Shown: in pieces, positions 52,970 to 64,000 of the stretch
How the letters are laid out: each line of letters begins with the position of its first letter
Numbering within the stretch: the stretch's first letter is position 1
Assembly (NCBI GenBank): GCA_040954595.2
Contig: CM082598.2
Location: 3,231,154-3,295,153 of the forward strand
Length of the DNA stretch: 64,000 bases
Direction of reading: 5' to 3'
Source: Balanoglossus misakiensis
Lineage: Eukaryota; Animalia; Hemichordata
Notes under the pieces: model-generated
Seen by the model: the letters and a program-made list of their open reading frames with translations, nothing else
Told to the model about the DNA's origin: nothing
Database searches by the model: none
Program-made: the position numbers and the translations under genes

Positions 52970-53224
52970 CTACTCAAATTGATCACAAATATGGAAGGTA
53001 ATGAAAGTGTATTTTTTCCTTAAAAACAGTCTGTACATAAATTCAAAGATACATCAAAACAAAACATAACATCAGATGATTGACTTATAAAAAATCTGAA
53101 ACAAGTTATCAATGAATAGTAGAATCACAATTGTATTTTTATAGATATAAAATGGCTGAGCTCCACAGACACATAAATTTTGAATGTCACTGTTGGCAGT
53201 TTGCTATGATGTCAGGGTCGGTAT

Positions 53225-55533
53225 TTAATTACTGTCGCTGCCAGATTCGCTGTCTGAATATGCTCCAAGGAGACTCAAAGAACTAGACTGTCCTGTTGGA
53301 ACAACTGCCTTTTTATCATCAACTGAAGAAACCTTCACTGCTTTCTCATCATTATTATCTGTTGTCTCTGGATTTTTCAAATCTTTTTTCTCGTCACTGT
53401 TTGCAGACGTTTCTGTTTTCCCATCTGTGTTTTCAGAAGTCTCGTTTTTCAAATCCCTTTTGTCATCTGTGTTTTCAGAATCCCTGTTCGAGGAGTCTGC
53501 TTTCGAGTTTTTGACTTTGACCAGCCCAGACAGGGCCGACTTCTTGGAGAATCCTCCCACGCTGCGTTGCCACGACGATGTTCTCTGCTTCTTCACTGGC
53601 TGCGAGTTGGCACTGTCATCACTCTGCAGGAAGAATGAAGAAAATTTGTAAGATTTTTTTCAGCATTTTTGGAAAGCACAAATCTAGTTTCTTCTATTGA
53701 TGCAATCAGTGTGAATTTATAGTCAAACCTATGTTAGTGGCCACCTCTATATAGTGGCCACTTTGTTACAGTCCCTGTGCAATTTTACTTAGTATAAAGG
53801 CCACCTGTCTATGAAGGCCAGTTTAGGAAAGTCCCTTGACTAGCCATTACAGACAGATTTGACTGTACTAAATGTATACATACCTCTGTAAGGAAATCTG
53901 TTGGTCTTTTATTGCTCGCTGTCGTCGTGGGAACACGACTGATAGATTCATCGTCATCATCTCCACTGTCGTCTTCTTGTAATCTTTTTATCTTGTCGCC
54001 ACTCTCTTGTCCGAAGATTTTCCTGTCAAAGGTAAGTTATGATAATGAGTTTAGGCCTGCCAGCCACAAGAGGAATTACCCCTTCACCACCATGGTTCAG
54101 TCCAAACCCATTGTTTTCTATGGTAAGGTTGGACCTCTAAAGTGGAAACTGGGGGTGTAAGGGTTAAGACCTGTACTGTCACTTATCATCACCTGATTTC
54201 TGCTTCTTCTTCGTCTTCCATTTTCTTCAATATCTCCTTCTGCTGCTCCATCCATTTCTCCGCCTTCATCTCGATAATCCCCGTGTGGTCGATATTTCCG
54301 TGCCGCATGTTCAGATCCCGCAACTCTTCCAGGTTTTCGATGATCTCCATTTCCCGCTTGGAATCCCGCGTCCGGTTCTCCAGGACCTTCATCGGATTAT
54401 TCATCTCCTCCTCCTCCCGTTCCCTCTTGATTCTCTCCTCCTCTTCCTGGATGAGCTTCTCCGCCTGGAAGTTCCGGGTGGCTCCCTCCTCCAGGGCGTA
54501 GTCTGTGTTTTCCGGATCCGTCTAATGAATGATCAGGATAAAAGTAGAACTGTCAGTACTGTTAGCAAACCTATCACACTGTGATCAGGATAAAACCACA
54601 AAAACTTTACCACAAACCTACCTTAAATGTGATTTCAGCCACACATCTCGGGCATTTGATATAAAAGCGAAATATGGCAAGTCCAAGATATGCCTCTCCT
54701 TGTACTGTTTCCTTCCGAGCATTGAACTTCTTTCCCTTATAAATATACTCATGGCAGCTTTTACACCTGTCAATCAAATATGGTAATTAGTATTATTCCT
54801 GTGATGTATATTATTATAATAAAAAAAATCGAAGTTTGAAGAATTGAAAGTTATGATTCTGAGGAACAATATTATTGTTCTTCCTGGTCTAAGCAAGAAG
54901 TATCTGTAATGTGATATAATGTGTCTTACCTCATATTAAAAGGAGCCATCAATCTGACTGTGTACTGTCGATCTTTGGCAAGTTTTAATTTGGGGATCTT
55001 CGATGGGTCAAAGTCTGGAGGGTAGTATTTCTGAAACAAGAATGGATGATAGTTAGAAATGGCACGATAGTCTGATAGCCCTCTGGGTTATAGTACAGCT
55101 CACAGCAAACTGGGTCAGATCTAGTCTAGGTTAAAGTTAAACCAAGGTTTAGCCTGGGTTAGCGGATCTAGTCTAACATCGCCATTACTGTCATTACTCA
55201 TTTGCATACAGATACAAACAAGGGACATAAACAATAGCAGATATGGCGATCGACTACACAACACACATAAAGGACAGACACACACAAACAAGTTGTGAAT
55301 TTGCAACTGCAGGCAATGTGCGTTTACACCACAACATCACAGGTGTTCTCGTTTGCGAATACGATTGGCTGAAAATTTGCGACAGACCAACATACATACA
55401 GTGAAATGCTCGTCAACAGCAGGGTCGTTCGTCCGAGATCTCCTAAACACATTTCGTTAAGCATGTACGTAATCAAAGATCTTGTAGCAAACAAGCATTG
55501 TCTACTTACGTTCAAAACCTTTCTTTCTGACAT
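53225..55533 (-). CDS. YJU2: Splicing factor YJU2 (CCDC94/Cwf16), 6 exons, ~378 aa
   Basis: Exons 55533-55510, 55030-54930, 54766-54622, 54521-54193, 54022-53884, 53623-53225 (1137 nt, phase-consistent). Diagnostic N-terminus [22 protein letters not shown]…[14 protein letters not shown]…[10 protein letters not shown]…[10 protein letters not shown]…[22 protein letters not shown], and C-terminal [12 protein letters not shown]. Confidence 0.97.
53718..53867. mobile_element. ~150-bp Tc1/mariner (pogo/Tigger-like) MITE in YJU2 intron 5
   Basis: TA-tagtcaaacct … agatttgactg-TA (CAGTCAAACCT-type TIR, TA target duplication); internal repeated ggccac motifs. Confidence 0.7.
54076..54167. mobile_element. 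~90-bp piggyBac-like MITE in YJU2 intron 4
   Basis: ttac-cccttcacc … ggtgtaaggg-ttaa: CCC/GGG termini with a TTAA-like flank; second copy at 43357-43449. Confidence 0.68.
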
Positions 55534-55613
55534 TTTGTTTCCGTTTGACTGAGTTAAATCCTAGTGAAACGACAACACGACAGCCAGCTCGACTCGACTG
55601 GGCTTCTGCTGCA

Positions 55614-55623
55614 ACCGGAAGTG
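55614..55623. promoter_or_regulatory. ETS/GABP-type motif in the YJU2 proximal promoter
   Basis: ACCGGAAGTG ~80 bp upstream of the YJU2 ATG; typical of housekeeping promoters. Confidence 0.6.
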
Positions 55624-56286
55624 TGACCCCTGTAACCTCGTGCAGTATCAAAGAACGGCGAAAACAACAAAAAATGTTAAATTTGTTATAAATAACTGAA
55701 AGTTAAGTCAAAATATGTCAGATCTCGATCATTTGCACCAATCTTAAAGAAATGTGTACCACGACGTTCCAAAACGTACTGATGACGTTTACATGACATG
55801 AACCCATGGACCAAGGTCATGGGTCACCAAGCTCGATTGCATAGCGCCCCCTACAGGTGATTTGATCATGGTATTTTGTTTTCTAAATTTTTTACATGTA
55901 ACACTACCGTCACAAATAACGACGGCGCGTGAAAACGAACATTGTCCTATGAAAATATAACACGAATGTGGCAAATGCCTCATATTGCTAATAACTGAAA
56001 CATGAAAAAAAACGCATGCAATTTAGTAATACACTGAAATAGAAATGAATCCCCTGATATGAAATTTCTCCGTAGAGTTAACACAGAGATTGGCGGCCAT
56101 TTTGATTTTTAAATTTAAGATAAACTTGCTCTCTCTCTTTCAACATTTTGCCCTGTGACCCCAATATTAAGAGAAAATCATCTATAGCTGCCTTGAAAAA
56201 ACTATTAGAAAAAGACTAGCTAAATAATATATAAATACCGGCGCATTTCCGAGCCGAGGTGAGGTCGCGCGAGTGTGGTTGGACTG

Positions 56287-56300
56287 GTTGCTACGGCAAC
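56287..56300. promoter_or_regulatory. RFX X-box-like motif at a probable plus-strand promoter
   Basis: GTTGCTACGGCAAC in a CpG-rich patch, with a strong donor GTAAGT at 56324. Confidence 0.55.
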
Positions 56301-58108
56301 ATGCGGACGACATGGGACGGGGCGTAAGTCGTTCACAGGACACGGTTTGTGGTCGTCATATGAGAGCGCGGCGCTTTTCTCTGTCCACGGTCCTTAATGA
56401 TCAGATTACGACAACCATTGTCAGCGGGCATCGATCCTGAAAAAGAAACTTCATTTGAATAAGGCTTTGTATTCCCCCCAAGTCAAGTATTGGCGCAGAT
56501 CGTTTGGCATAGCAATAAAACACAACGAAGGGGGTTGATTCAAAAGAACGCCCCACTAAGTGTTTGGGTCTGTCCTGCCCACGGGGTCAAAATTCCGTGT
56601 TTGACAGCGCAGAAATTTCATATGAGGGAGGAATCATCTCTAAATCCAGCGGTCTTGTGCTTTATCTAGCCAGGATTACGATCTCTATAGAGGGAAACGG
56701 CCCTCCTCTCTGTTAATTGGCAACGCAACCTCGCTGGCGCTTTTGGCTGGATGTACGGCACCAATAACGACCGCAAAGAACACTGACTGAAAAAGACTGC
56801 TCCTGAGTCCCAAGTACACCACGTAGAGACCACAGTACTTTTCATAAATGATGTAAATGGATATTGTAAGTATAACGGAAATGTTAATAAGTTGTCCTAC
56901 TACTGTTCATGTTATATCAAGATTTTTCTGGCAACAAACAGTCTTATATATCACGTCTGCGTGATGATCGGATATTAGTTATGGCGAGACGAATGTATTA
57001 CACTGGAAACTCGGAAGTGAGATAAAAATAGCCATTCTTGATTAAATATTCAAGTCCAGGAAATCGAAAAATCGCAAAGTTATGATTTATTTTCTTGAGA
57101 GATATTATCCAACGGAGATGAGATTACCCCCAGCCTGAAGTCAAGTACCGAGCTTAAATTTCTTAACCACTGAACTGCGGAAAAAAAATTCTCTGTTCAA
57201 ATTGTACCGATTATTCCCGGAATGTGCCCGTGGGTGTATCATTTATGAGATTTAATACGTTTGTGCTTTTGGGGCGCAATCTTCTGCACCGACCGCGGCC
57301 GGTCGCGACTTGCCCGAACCATAGTTTCTACGGCCCCTGGAAATGACTATAAACAACAGATATCTTTTGATTTCTTTTCTGTTCGCTTAATTCTACCCTA
57401 TTAACCATTAAAACATAAAATCCACACCACTGCCATTGTTCTGTAGCTATAAAGAAATTATCGTCTGTCATGGCTGGTGGTTTATGGTATCAAGTCTTTT
57501 TGTCTCTGGCTGTCTGTCTGTCTCTTTCTCTCCCCTTCTTTCTCTTTCTCTCCCCTCCCCCTCCTTTCCTCCCTCCCTCCTATGCCCCCCTGGCCCTCTC
57601 CCTCTCTGTAATCTGCCCGCAGGAGAAGTATAAGGATGCGCGTCTGACGTCAATCCTAACACTCACAGAACTTTAAGCTGACAATAACCCGAGCTTTACC
57701 GTTCACCAAGACAATAGCGCGTAGGACAATGCAACACGTAAAAAAACAACAGAAATCCTCATCCCTGGCCATAAACGCCTTTTTTGTTTCAAATGCAGTC
57801 GCTGTAACGGTTGTGATCTCTGTAAGAGGATTAGACCAAGCGCAAAACCAACCCGCAGAGTAACACGATAGGCTGACAAAAATCCCGCATTGTCTGGTTT
57901 TATGCTCTCGTTGACGTTTTCATGACAGCTCTGCGTTGCTCTCTGTGTTGTATAGTGGTCACCACAATTGGTGACAATAATTTTACAAGCCGTTCAACAC
58001 GTCGCTTGGCCTATTCGTACATAATGCGCGGTTGTCAGTGCGGTTTTTTCGACAACTGGTCGACGTCTTTTTGACATGAATGAAACTCTCGGCGCGATCT
58101 CTCGATAC

Positions 58109-58141
58109 GAGAGAAAGAGAAAGAGAGGGGGAGAGAGATAA

Positions 58142-58192
<51 letters not shown>

Positions 58193-58220
58193 GTGAGGGG
58201 AGAGACAGACAGGGAGAGAC
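58109..58220. repeat. (GACA)n microsatellite within a GA-rich tract
   Basis: About 12 CAGA units at 58143-58193 with flanking GA repeats. Confidence 0.92.
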
Positions 58221-60850
58221 CTTTTATCCTACATACAACTCAACAGCTTTTATATTTATATACCTTGTAATACACACATGCAGTACGCATATACACACAT
58301 TTCGTCGCATATCTACCAAGGTCGCGTTGCTACTTCTTTCATCTGTGAAACGATACCTGTGTCCGTATTATTCCAGAAACTATAGATGTGACATTTGTTT
58401 GCAGACCCTAGATCTACCTGGCCAACTTTGATCTCATATTACTATGGACAATTACTAGCTATGGCGGTGTTAAATGGTATACCATCGTTGCATTCCTTGT
58501 GAATAATTAGCTGGAATTACACACCTTGGTAGAAACTGGATACCACAATACGTTACCATGGTTTGTTGTGTAAACTGTAGTTTAAAATGGCGGTCTAATT
58601 AGATTTGCTTGTTTGTTCTGTTCTCAGGGGTCAGGGGTCGGTGTAAGTGGATTGAAGACTGGACGTTTGCGTAGAAAATCGAGAGGTGTCACGAGGAGAA
58701 ACGAGATCTGTTGCTATAGAGACCGGCGGTGGGATTCTTGCCAACACAAACTGAGCTGATACACCGGTGTGGGGGAGTCGAGTCGAGCGGCAAACAACAA
58801 CAAACACCCCCGCCTGCGAGAAGGAGGAGTCGGTCTGTGCATGCATGGTGCTGTTTTGATCTTCACGGACTACTTGGTCGCTTTCAAGACCGCAATATTT
58901 AGCGCGGGTTACCGTGAACGGGTTTTGACAGAACGACGGAAGACACTGTGCCCCCACGACCTCCATCTGTTCGGACTCAAGCGACAGACAACTGCGCTTG
59001 GTAGTACCAGTTCCCGCAGAAACGCAACCCACCCGTTTCGTATCCTTGGCAACGCCAGGCTCTACCCAGAAAGCAAAACTAGGCACGGATTAACACATGT
59101 ATATATGGATGCCAGAATATGTGCGTGTTTTGGTCCAATGCTTTGACTTAATCGGGTAAATCGAGGCAAATACCTACATAATTATACACAGACACATTCT
59201 TGTAGGCGAACGAGGTCAAAAGTGCAGGACTTTAAAGCGCAAGCAAGAACGACGCAACACAAGTTATCGCCGACGGTTACCCGTAAAATTGACACGACTC
59301 CAAGAAAGTCAACAAGACGTCACTTTTCTTGCGGCAGTGACCGAACTTTGGCACCACCACAAACCAGGACGCTTTTGTCTGAGCGTGGGAAGACATTAAT
59401 TTCGCAGGAGTCTCATTAACGTCTCATTAATTGCTGATGATGAATTTATTCTCGGAGACCTCCAAGCGTGTCGAGCTACTCGGAGTTTGACCGGCGGAGT
59501 GCCCTAACATCGTCTGACACGCGCACGGCGCCGATGACGACTACCCTAACAGCCGCTCTTTAAAGTCAACAGACGAAGAGGTAACTCGAAATATTTACCG
59601 TTTGGAACCCTCCGAGACCAATAAAAAGGTATCTGAAGAATACCAAGTAACGGAAAATCAATTTCTAGTTTTGTACTCCGAATCGATCCCACATTTCGTA
59701 GCATTTCCCATTTGAAAGAACGGCGTCATCCATAATTGAAACCACCTTTGTACTCCAAACAGATTAGCACGCTTCGCGTTCTGAAACATTACCGATAGAA
59801 CTTCGTCAAGTACGCGATATAAACTCATAGAAACACGTTCACGAGAAAAGAATTTTTCGAGAGAAAAAAATCGATAAATTTATGCATGTGTGTTGACATC
59901 TCAACGAGTGCGCAGGTCGGTCGTCGTAACTGTGCGAGTGTGTGTGTGACACGGAACACCAACCTGTTGATAGGACGTCGTCCATTTTGAGACGAAGCGA
60001 GAACGGAAAACGTGCAAAGTCCACTACTGAACGCGAAGCTTGTATTTTGTGTATTAAGCTATTAACAAAACGGTCTACAAGCACTTGAAATTCAAGAAAT
60101 ACCGCTGGGGGATTAACTAAGGAGGATAAGGCGAGTCATATTTGGAGTTAGCGCTGACAGACGTGAGCCTGAGGTAAAACGACGAATTTTCATTGGCTTG
60201 CTGAACTTATATATGGTCTCACAGAATTAGTACACAACTACCGATAAATGTGTGTGTTTGTCGATACTCAATAACGGACAGGATCTACGGTTGTGGCACA
60301 GAAATATTTAAAAGTCCAGATGTACAATGCATTGCTCGTGATCCCAGACTCGCTCTCCGTACTGTGTGACGGCTGGAATCTGGCAACAGTGACTGGGTAA
60401 ATACTCTGTCAAAATACTAACGGTAGCAATGCCAAACAAAGCCCGGTGTTTAATTAACTGACGTCGGGTGCTGAAACGGTGAACAGTGCTTGTTTGACTT
60501 GGGCTCAACGAGTCAATCCCAGCGCCTGTGTGCAAAACTCAAGCCAGTCGCGGGCGGCTGACAAAGGCGGGGATTTGTAGCGAAGGAGACGCCTTGCTAA
60601 AACAAGCATCGACATTCGTTCGTCGCTGTGAGTGAAAATGTCGTGATTCGGATCGAGAGCTGTCTGGCGTTATTGCTGTCCGGCTAAGATTATATGCCGG
60701 TGAACTTCGACCTTGCTGAGGTTGCCACCGTTAATTGATGGAGAGAAGAATCCGAATGCAATAATTGGCCGCGTTGGCGCATTTGACCTTCGGAATTTTT
60801 TTGAAAAAGTGTATCTTTAAGTAAATAGTCAACGTATATTGCCAGAAAAC

Positions 60851-63277
60851 ATGAGCCTCCCGCAAGTAAGTGGGGGCGCACCTTTACACACGACAGGTGT
60901 GCCGACGTCGTTAGGCGAGGGAATGCACATAAATAACTACAAACAGACAGATTGCGCGCATTTCCCGTCTATTGAGGATTTGGATTCCGGCTCCAAACCT
61001 CACCGACCAAAACGAGGTGGTTATTTTAAGAAACGGCTGCGTTTACCCAGACTGCGGAAAGTGGACCTGGCCCCGGAGAGGTCCAACGGCAGCGACACGT
61101 CCAGTGTGATTTCGTCTATAGTGGATACCACCAGCGAGCGGCTGTCCCGCCTGGTGACGATTCCGAAGGAACTCTACGATATCAGGGACTCGACGGGGAA
61201 TGATGGAGCAATGTCCATGCCTAGGGACACACTCTATCTCTACGGAAGCAGTGGTTTGGAAATAACACCGAGGAAAAGGGACAGCAGAGTGCGTCTCGTG
61301 TTCCACGCGAAACCGTTCAACGACATCAACCTACTCGTGCCCGATCGAATGTACGACGGGAACTATCGCCCGCCGAGAAAAATGAACAAAGGAAAATATC
61401 TCCCGTCGCTGGAGAAACCAGCCAAGGTAAAAGACACCCCGAAACAAACGAACGATGAACAAAATAGTTATTACATAGTCGGCGAAAACTCAGGGACAAA
61501 GTACGTGTCAGAGAAGTCTGTGACGTCGACGAAATTTTCAAAACCGGCGTTTAAAGACATTTCTTCAATACCGCTGTGTGATGTCTTCAGGTACAAGGAG
61601 AGCATGCGCCGTGCGCTTGCTCACGGCCGACCACTGGGGAAAAGCAAAGAGACTTTCGGTGAGAAAATGCTGTCGTCGTCAACGATGACGTCAGATGTGC
61701 AAAGGGATTTAGAAAGTGACGCGAATGAGAGTAAGTCGGTGGTTTTCCCGATTATCGTCAACTTCAACGAGGTTACATCGGATGAGATCGAGGAGGAATT
61801 GAACTTTCGCAAAATGAAGGCCTCCACGCAGGGCCGGCCGATTCTGCGGCAAATAGACGAGAACCAGTCGGGTCTCTTGAAGCCGAAGACGGGCGAGGAC
61901 GCCGCCACCGACCAGAGGAAGACCCACCGGCGGAGGATGGCTCCCCTGAAGATTAAAGGCCGGAGGTCCGTCCAAGAAGCGGAAAGCGGCTACGAGACGG
62001 AGACGGACAACGCGAGAGCGCCGAGCGAGACTTCGATGCGGGAGCTGGGTCACCTGACAGAGGGCGAAGACGACGACGCCGGCGGAAGTGTCGTCATCGA
62101 AAGCCCGCCGCCGTCGGTGGCTTCCGCTGCGAAGGAAGAAAACGAGACGGTACAAGAAGACGAAAAAAGCGTCGGTACCCAATACACCGAAACTGATTTC
62201 CAACATGGAAGCGACGATGGGGAGGAACTCATTCCACAAAACGCGGAAAATGAAAAATCACCGGGATCCCCGGATGTTGAAATTCAACCAAGAGACACTT
62301 CTCGACCAGAATCTTTAACGAAGACAGCCGACGATATTCAACATTCGAAAAACGACGGCGGTGAAGTAAAAGATAGTCTGAACGAAAGCGAAATTTCTGA
62401 CAAGATCAATCCACCGTGTTCTCCGACCAAAAGCGAACAAGTACGGTTAGAATCTGTGGCATCGTCGAGAGTTGACGATGAAAACGTGAGCGTGTGGAAA
62501 GCTGCGACGCCGTCAGCGAGATTGTCTCCCATATGCCCGGACGATATTGATATTTCTGAATCTGACAATAAAGTGGAAAACGCCGGAGATGGCGCTCCTG
62601 AAGACGCAAACGCGCAACGAGAAGACGCGCATGTGCGACGAACGGGGAGTAAAAACGCGTCACCGGTTCAAAGCGAGACCGAGCAAGAGAATGACGAGCA
62701 AAATAGGCCTAACTCCCCCCAGAGCAAAGCCGAAGTACCCAACAGCGCCAAGTCGCAAAGCGGAAAACAACAAAAACACGAACAAAGAACTTCCCTGAGA
62801 CGTCCGCGCAGTCTTCCAAACATGCAAGACAAACCGCTTGACGAGACGGCAACGAAATCAAAATCATCCCCAAGCGTCACACCGAGGAAGGCCGAGGCAG
62901 CAGGAAAGACCAACGGGGTGACTGTTGTCAACGGACCTTTCGTCTTTCTCCCCGTGTCTTTAAAATCGATAGGCAACATCAACGAGCTCTCCAAACGCGT
63001 TACTGTCATCGACACGGAACAGTACGATAAATTCCGAAACGAACGCGTGTACAACGAACGAGAAAACGGCGAGACCTCGGACGAGGACCTGGCCGAGCCT
63101 GCGAACGACGACGGCGTGGAAATCGTCCACTCGCGCGCCCCCATCGCCAACCCCGAGAGTACTAAAATGATGAGGAGGGACGTGAGAACAGTTCCCGACA
63201 AGAAACTCGTGAAAAGCACGCTGGGCGATCGCCCCCGAGCTGCCAACTTGAAGGCCCGGGGAGTAGATCAGAAATAA
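60851..63277 (+). CDS. Uncharacterised 808-aa protein, single coding exon, largely low-complexity and acidic/disordered
   Basis: 2.4-kb uninterrupted GC-rich ORF in an AT-rich context. First ATG at 60851 (aaaacATG) lies just after a possible acceptor (gccag, 60845). AATAAA signals downstream at ~63551 and ~63694. No recognisable domain. Confidence 0.8.
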   Translation: MSLPQVSGGAPLHTTGVPTSLGEGMHINNYKQTDCAHFPSIEDLDSGSKPHRPKRGGYFKKRLRLPRLRKVDLAPERSNGSDTSSVISSIVDTTSERLSRLVTIPKELYDIRDSTGNDGAMSMPRDTLYLYGSSGLEITPRKRDSRVRLVFHAKPFNDINLLVPDRMYDGNYRPPRKMNKGKYLPSLEKPAKVKDTPKQTNDEQNSYYIVGENSGTKYVSEKSVTSTKFSKPAFKDISSIPLCDVFRYKESMRRALAHGRPLGKSKETFGEKMLSSSTMTSDVQRDLESDANESKSVVFPIIVNFNEVTSDEIEEELNFRKMKASTQGRPILRQIDENQSGLLKPKTGEDAATDQRKTHRRRMAPLKIKGRRSVQEAESGYETETDNARAPSETSMRELGHLTEGEDDDAGGSVVIESPPPSVASAAKEENETVQEDEKSVGTQYTETDFQHGSDDGEELIPQNAENEKSPGSPDVEIQPRDTSRPESLTKTADDIQHSKNDGGEVKDSLNESEISDKINPPCSPTKSEQVRLESVASSRVDDENVSVWKAATPSARLSPICPDDIDISESDNKVENAGDGAPEDANAQREDAHVRRTGSKNASPVQSETEQENDEQNRPNSPQSKAEVPNSAKSQSGKQQKHEQRTSLRRPRSLPNMQDKPLDETATKSKSSPSVTPRKAEAAGKTNGVTVVNGPFVFLPVSLKSIGNINELSKRVTVIDTEQYDKFRNERVYNERENGETSDEDLAEPANDDGVEIVHSRAPIANPESTKMMRRDVRTVPDKKLVKSTLGDRPRAANLKARGVDQK

Positions 63278-63745
63278 TCCCGAACACACATGGAAGTCGC
63301 CCGTAGTGGTTGGATTGTACGCGTATGTACAAAGCAATTCATCTGATTAAAATCAGATGTAGGGTAAAGCTCATTATTTTACTAGCTGCTATGGAAGCGA
63401 AAAGTGATAGAATGGAAAGGTTTATTTCACCCCTGACAAAATACTTACACAGCAAGGGAGAAATTGAAACAGTGAAGACATATGGTGGGGACAATGAACA
63501 ATGGTTCAGCAAAATTAATCACCGTTTACAGCCAAAAAAATAAATATGTGAATAAATTATGGTATACAATAAAATTAAAAATATTACAAAATCAGAATTA
63601 AATATAAGTGAAAACCAAATTATGGAACATGTGTGAAATGGCAACAACATAAATTGTTAAACACTTTACGCAATTCCAACAGGAATATAAAAAGAATAAA
63701 AATAAATATGTTGCATAGTAATATTGAAATCTCACTGGTATATTC

Positions 63746-63930
63746 TTATAGTTCGCGCTGTTTTAATATAAGGCGATTGCTGCCGTCAGCAATCCTCCCA
63801 AGTGTTTGAATTCCCATTGTCTTAAATAGGTTTTTGCTACCTGGTAGAGTGATGAAAATCTCATCATTTTCAAGATGGCCGATTTTTGTCATGTTTAAGA
63901 AATGGACTAAAGTGATGTCTATAGGTCGTT
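63746..63930 (-). CDS. Probable terminal coding exon of a convergent gene continuing beyond the window
   Basis: Pyrimidine-rich acceptor (…ttttttccgctacaaaatttcag) followed by ~61 open codons (RPIDITLVHFLNMTKIGHLENDEIFITLPG…LILKQREL*); product unknown. Confidence 0.4.
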
Positions 63931-64000
63931 CTGAAATTTTGTAGCGGAAAAAATACAAGGACAGAATGTTTTTACCAAAGGAAGTCGTGAAATACAATAA

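Noticed and set aside
57280-57339. Transposon-like end …ctacggcccctg
   Set aside because: No partner inverted terminus found in the window.
57503-58220. Inverted pairing of the CT-rich tract (57503-57608) with the GA-rich tract (58109-58220)
   Set aside because: Low-complexity complementarity expected from simple repeats.
58631-59146. 151-aa and 125-aa overlapping ORFs
   Set aside because: No recognisable domain or supported exon structure; more likely CpG-rich regulatory or UTR sequence.
61043-63337. Several minus-strand and alternate-frame ORFs overlapping the 808-aa ORF (likewise antisense ORFs over YJU2 and EF-hand exons)
   Set aside because: Shadow ORFs of GC-rich coding sequence with no independent motifs.

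Overview
AT-rich, intron-rich animal genomic DNA (invertebrate-like; the species cannot be determined from the sequence). 1-7093 is mostly non-coding, with an ATC microsatellite and MITE fragments. 7094-29941 is a ~22.8 kb array of 87-bp satellite units in three related subfamilies (here C, A, B). The array switches orientation four times, each time at or next to a quasi-palindromic site (in B: AAAATCATGGG-CTATAA-CCCATGATTTT, 11-6-11 bp), and one switch creates a multi-kb near-spacerless palindrome centred at 24440/24441. A 98-bp direct repeat brackets the array. The right half is gene-dense. It holds an 8-exon ARSB-like arylsulfatase (+, 31951-37870), a 12-coding-exon uncharacterised EF-hand protein gene (-, 51854-38958), the splicing factor YJU2/CCDC94 (-, 55533-53225), an 808-aa single-ORF low-complexity protein (+, 60851-63277) and a probable terminal exon of a convergent gene. 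Several TTAA- and TA-target MITEs and RFX X-box-like motifs are also visible. Gene models were built by hand from GT-AG sites and reading-phase continuity; no database search was run.
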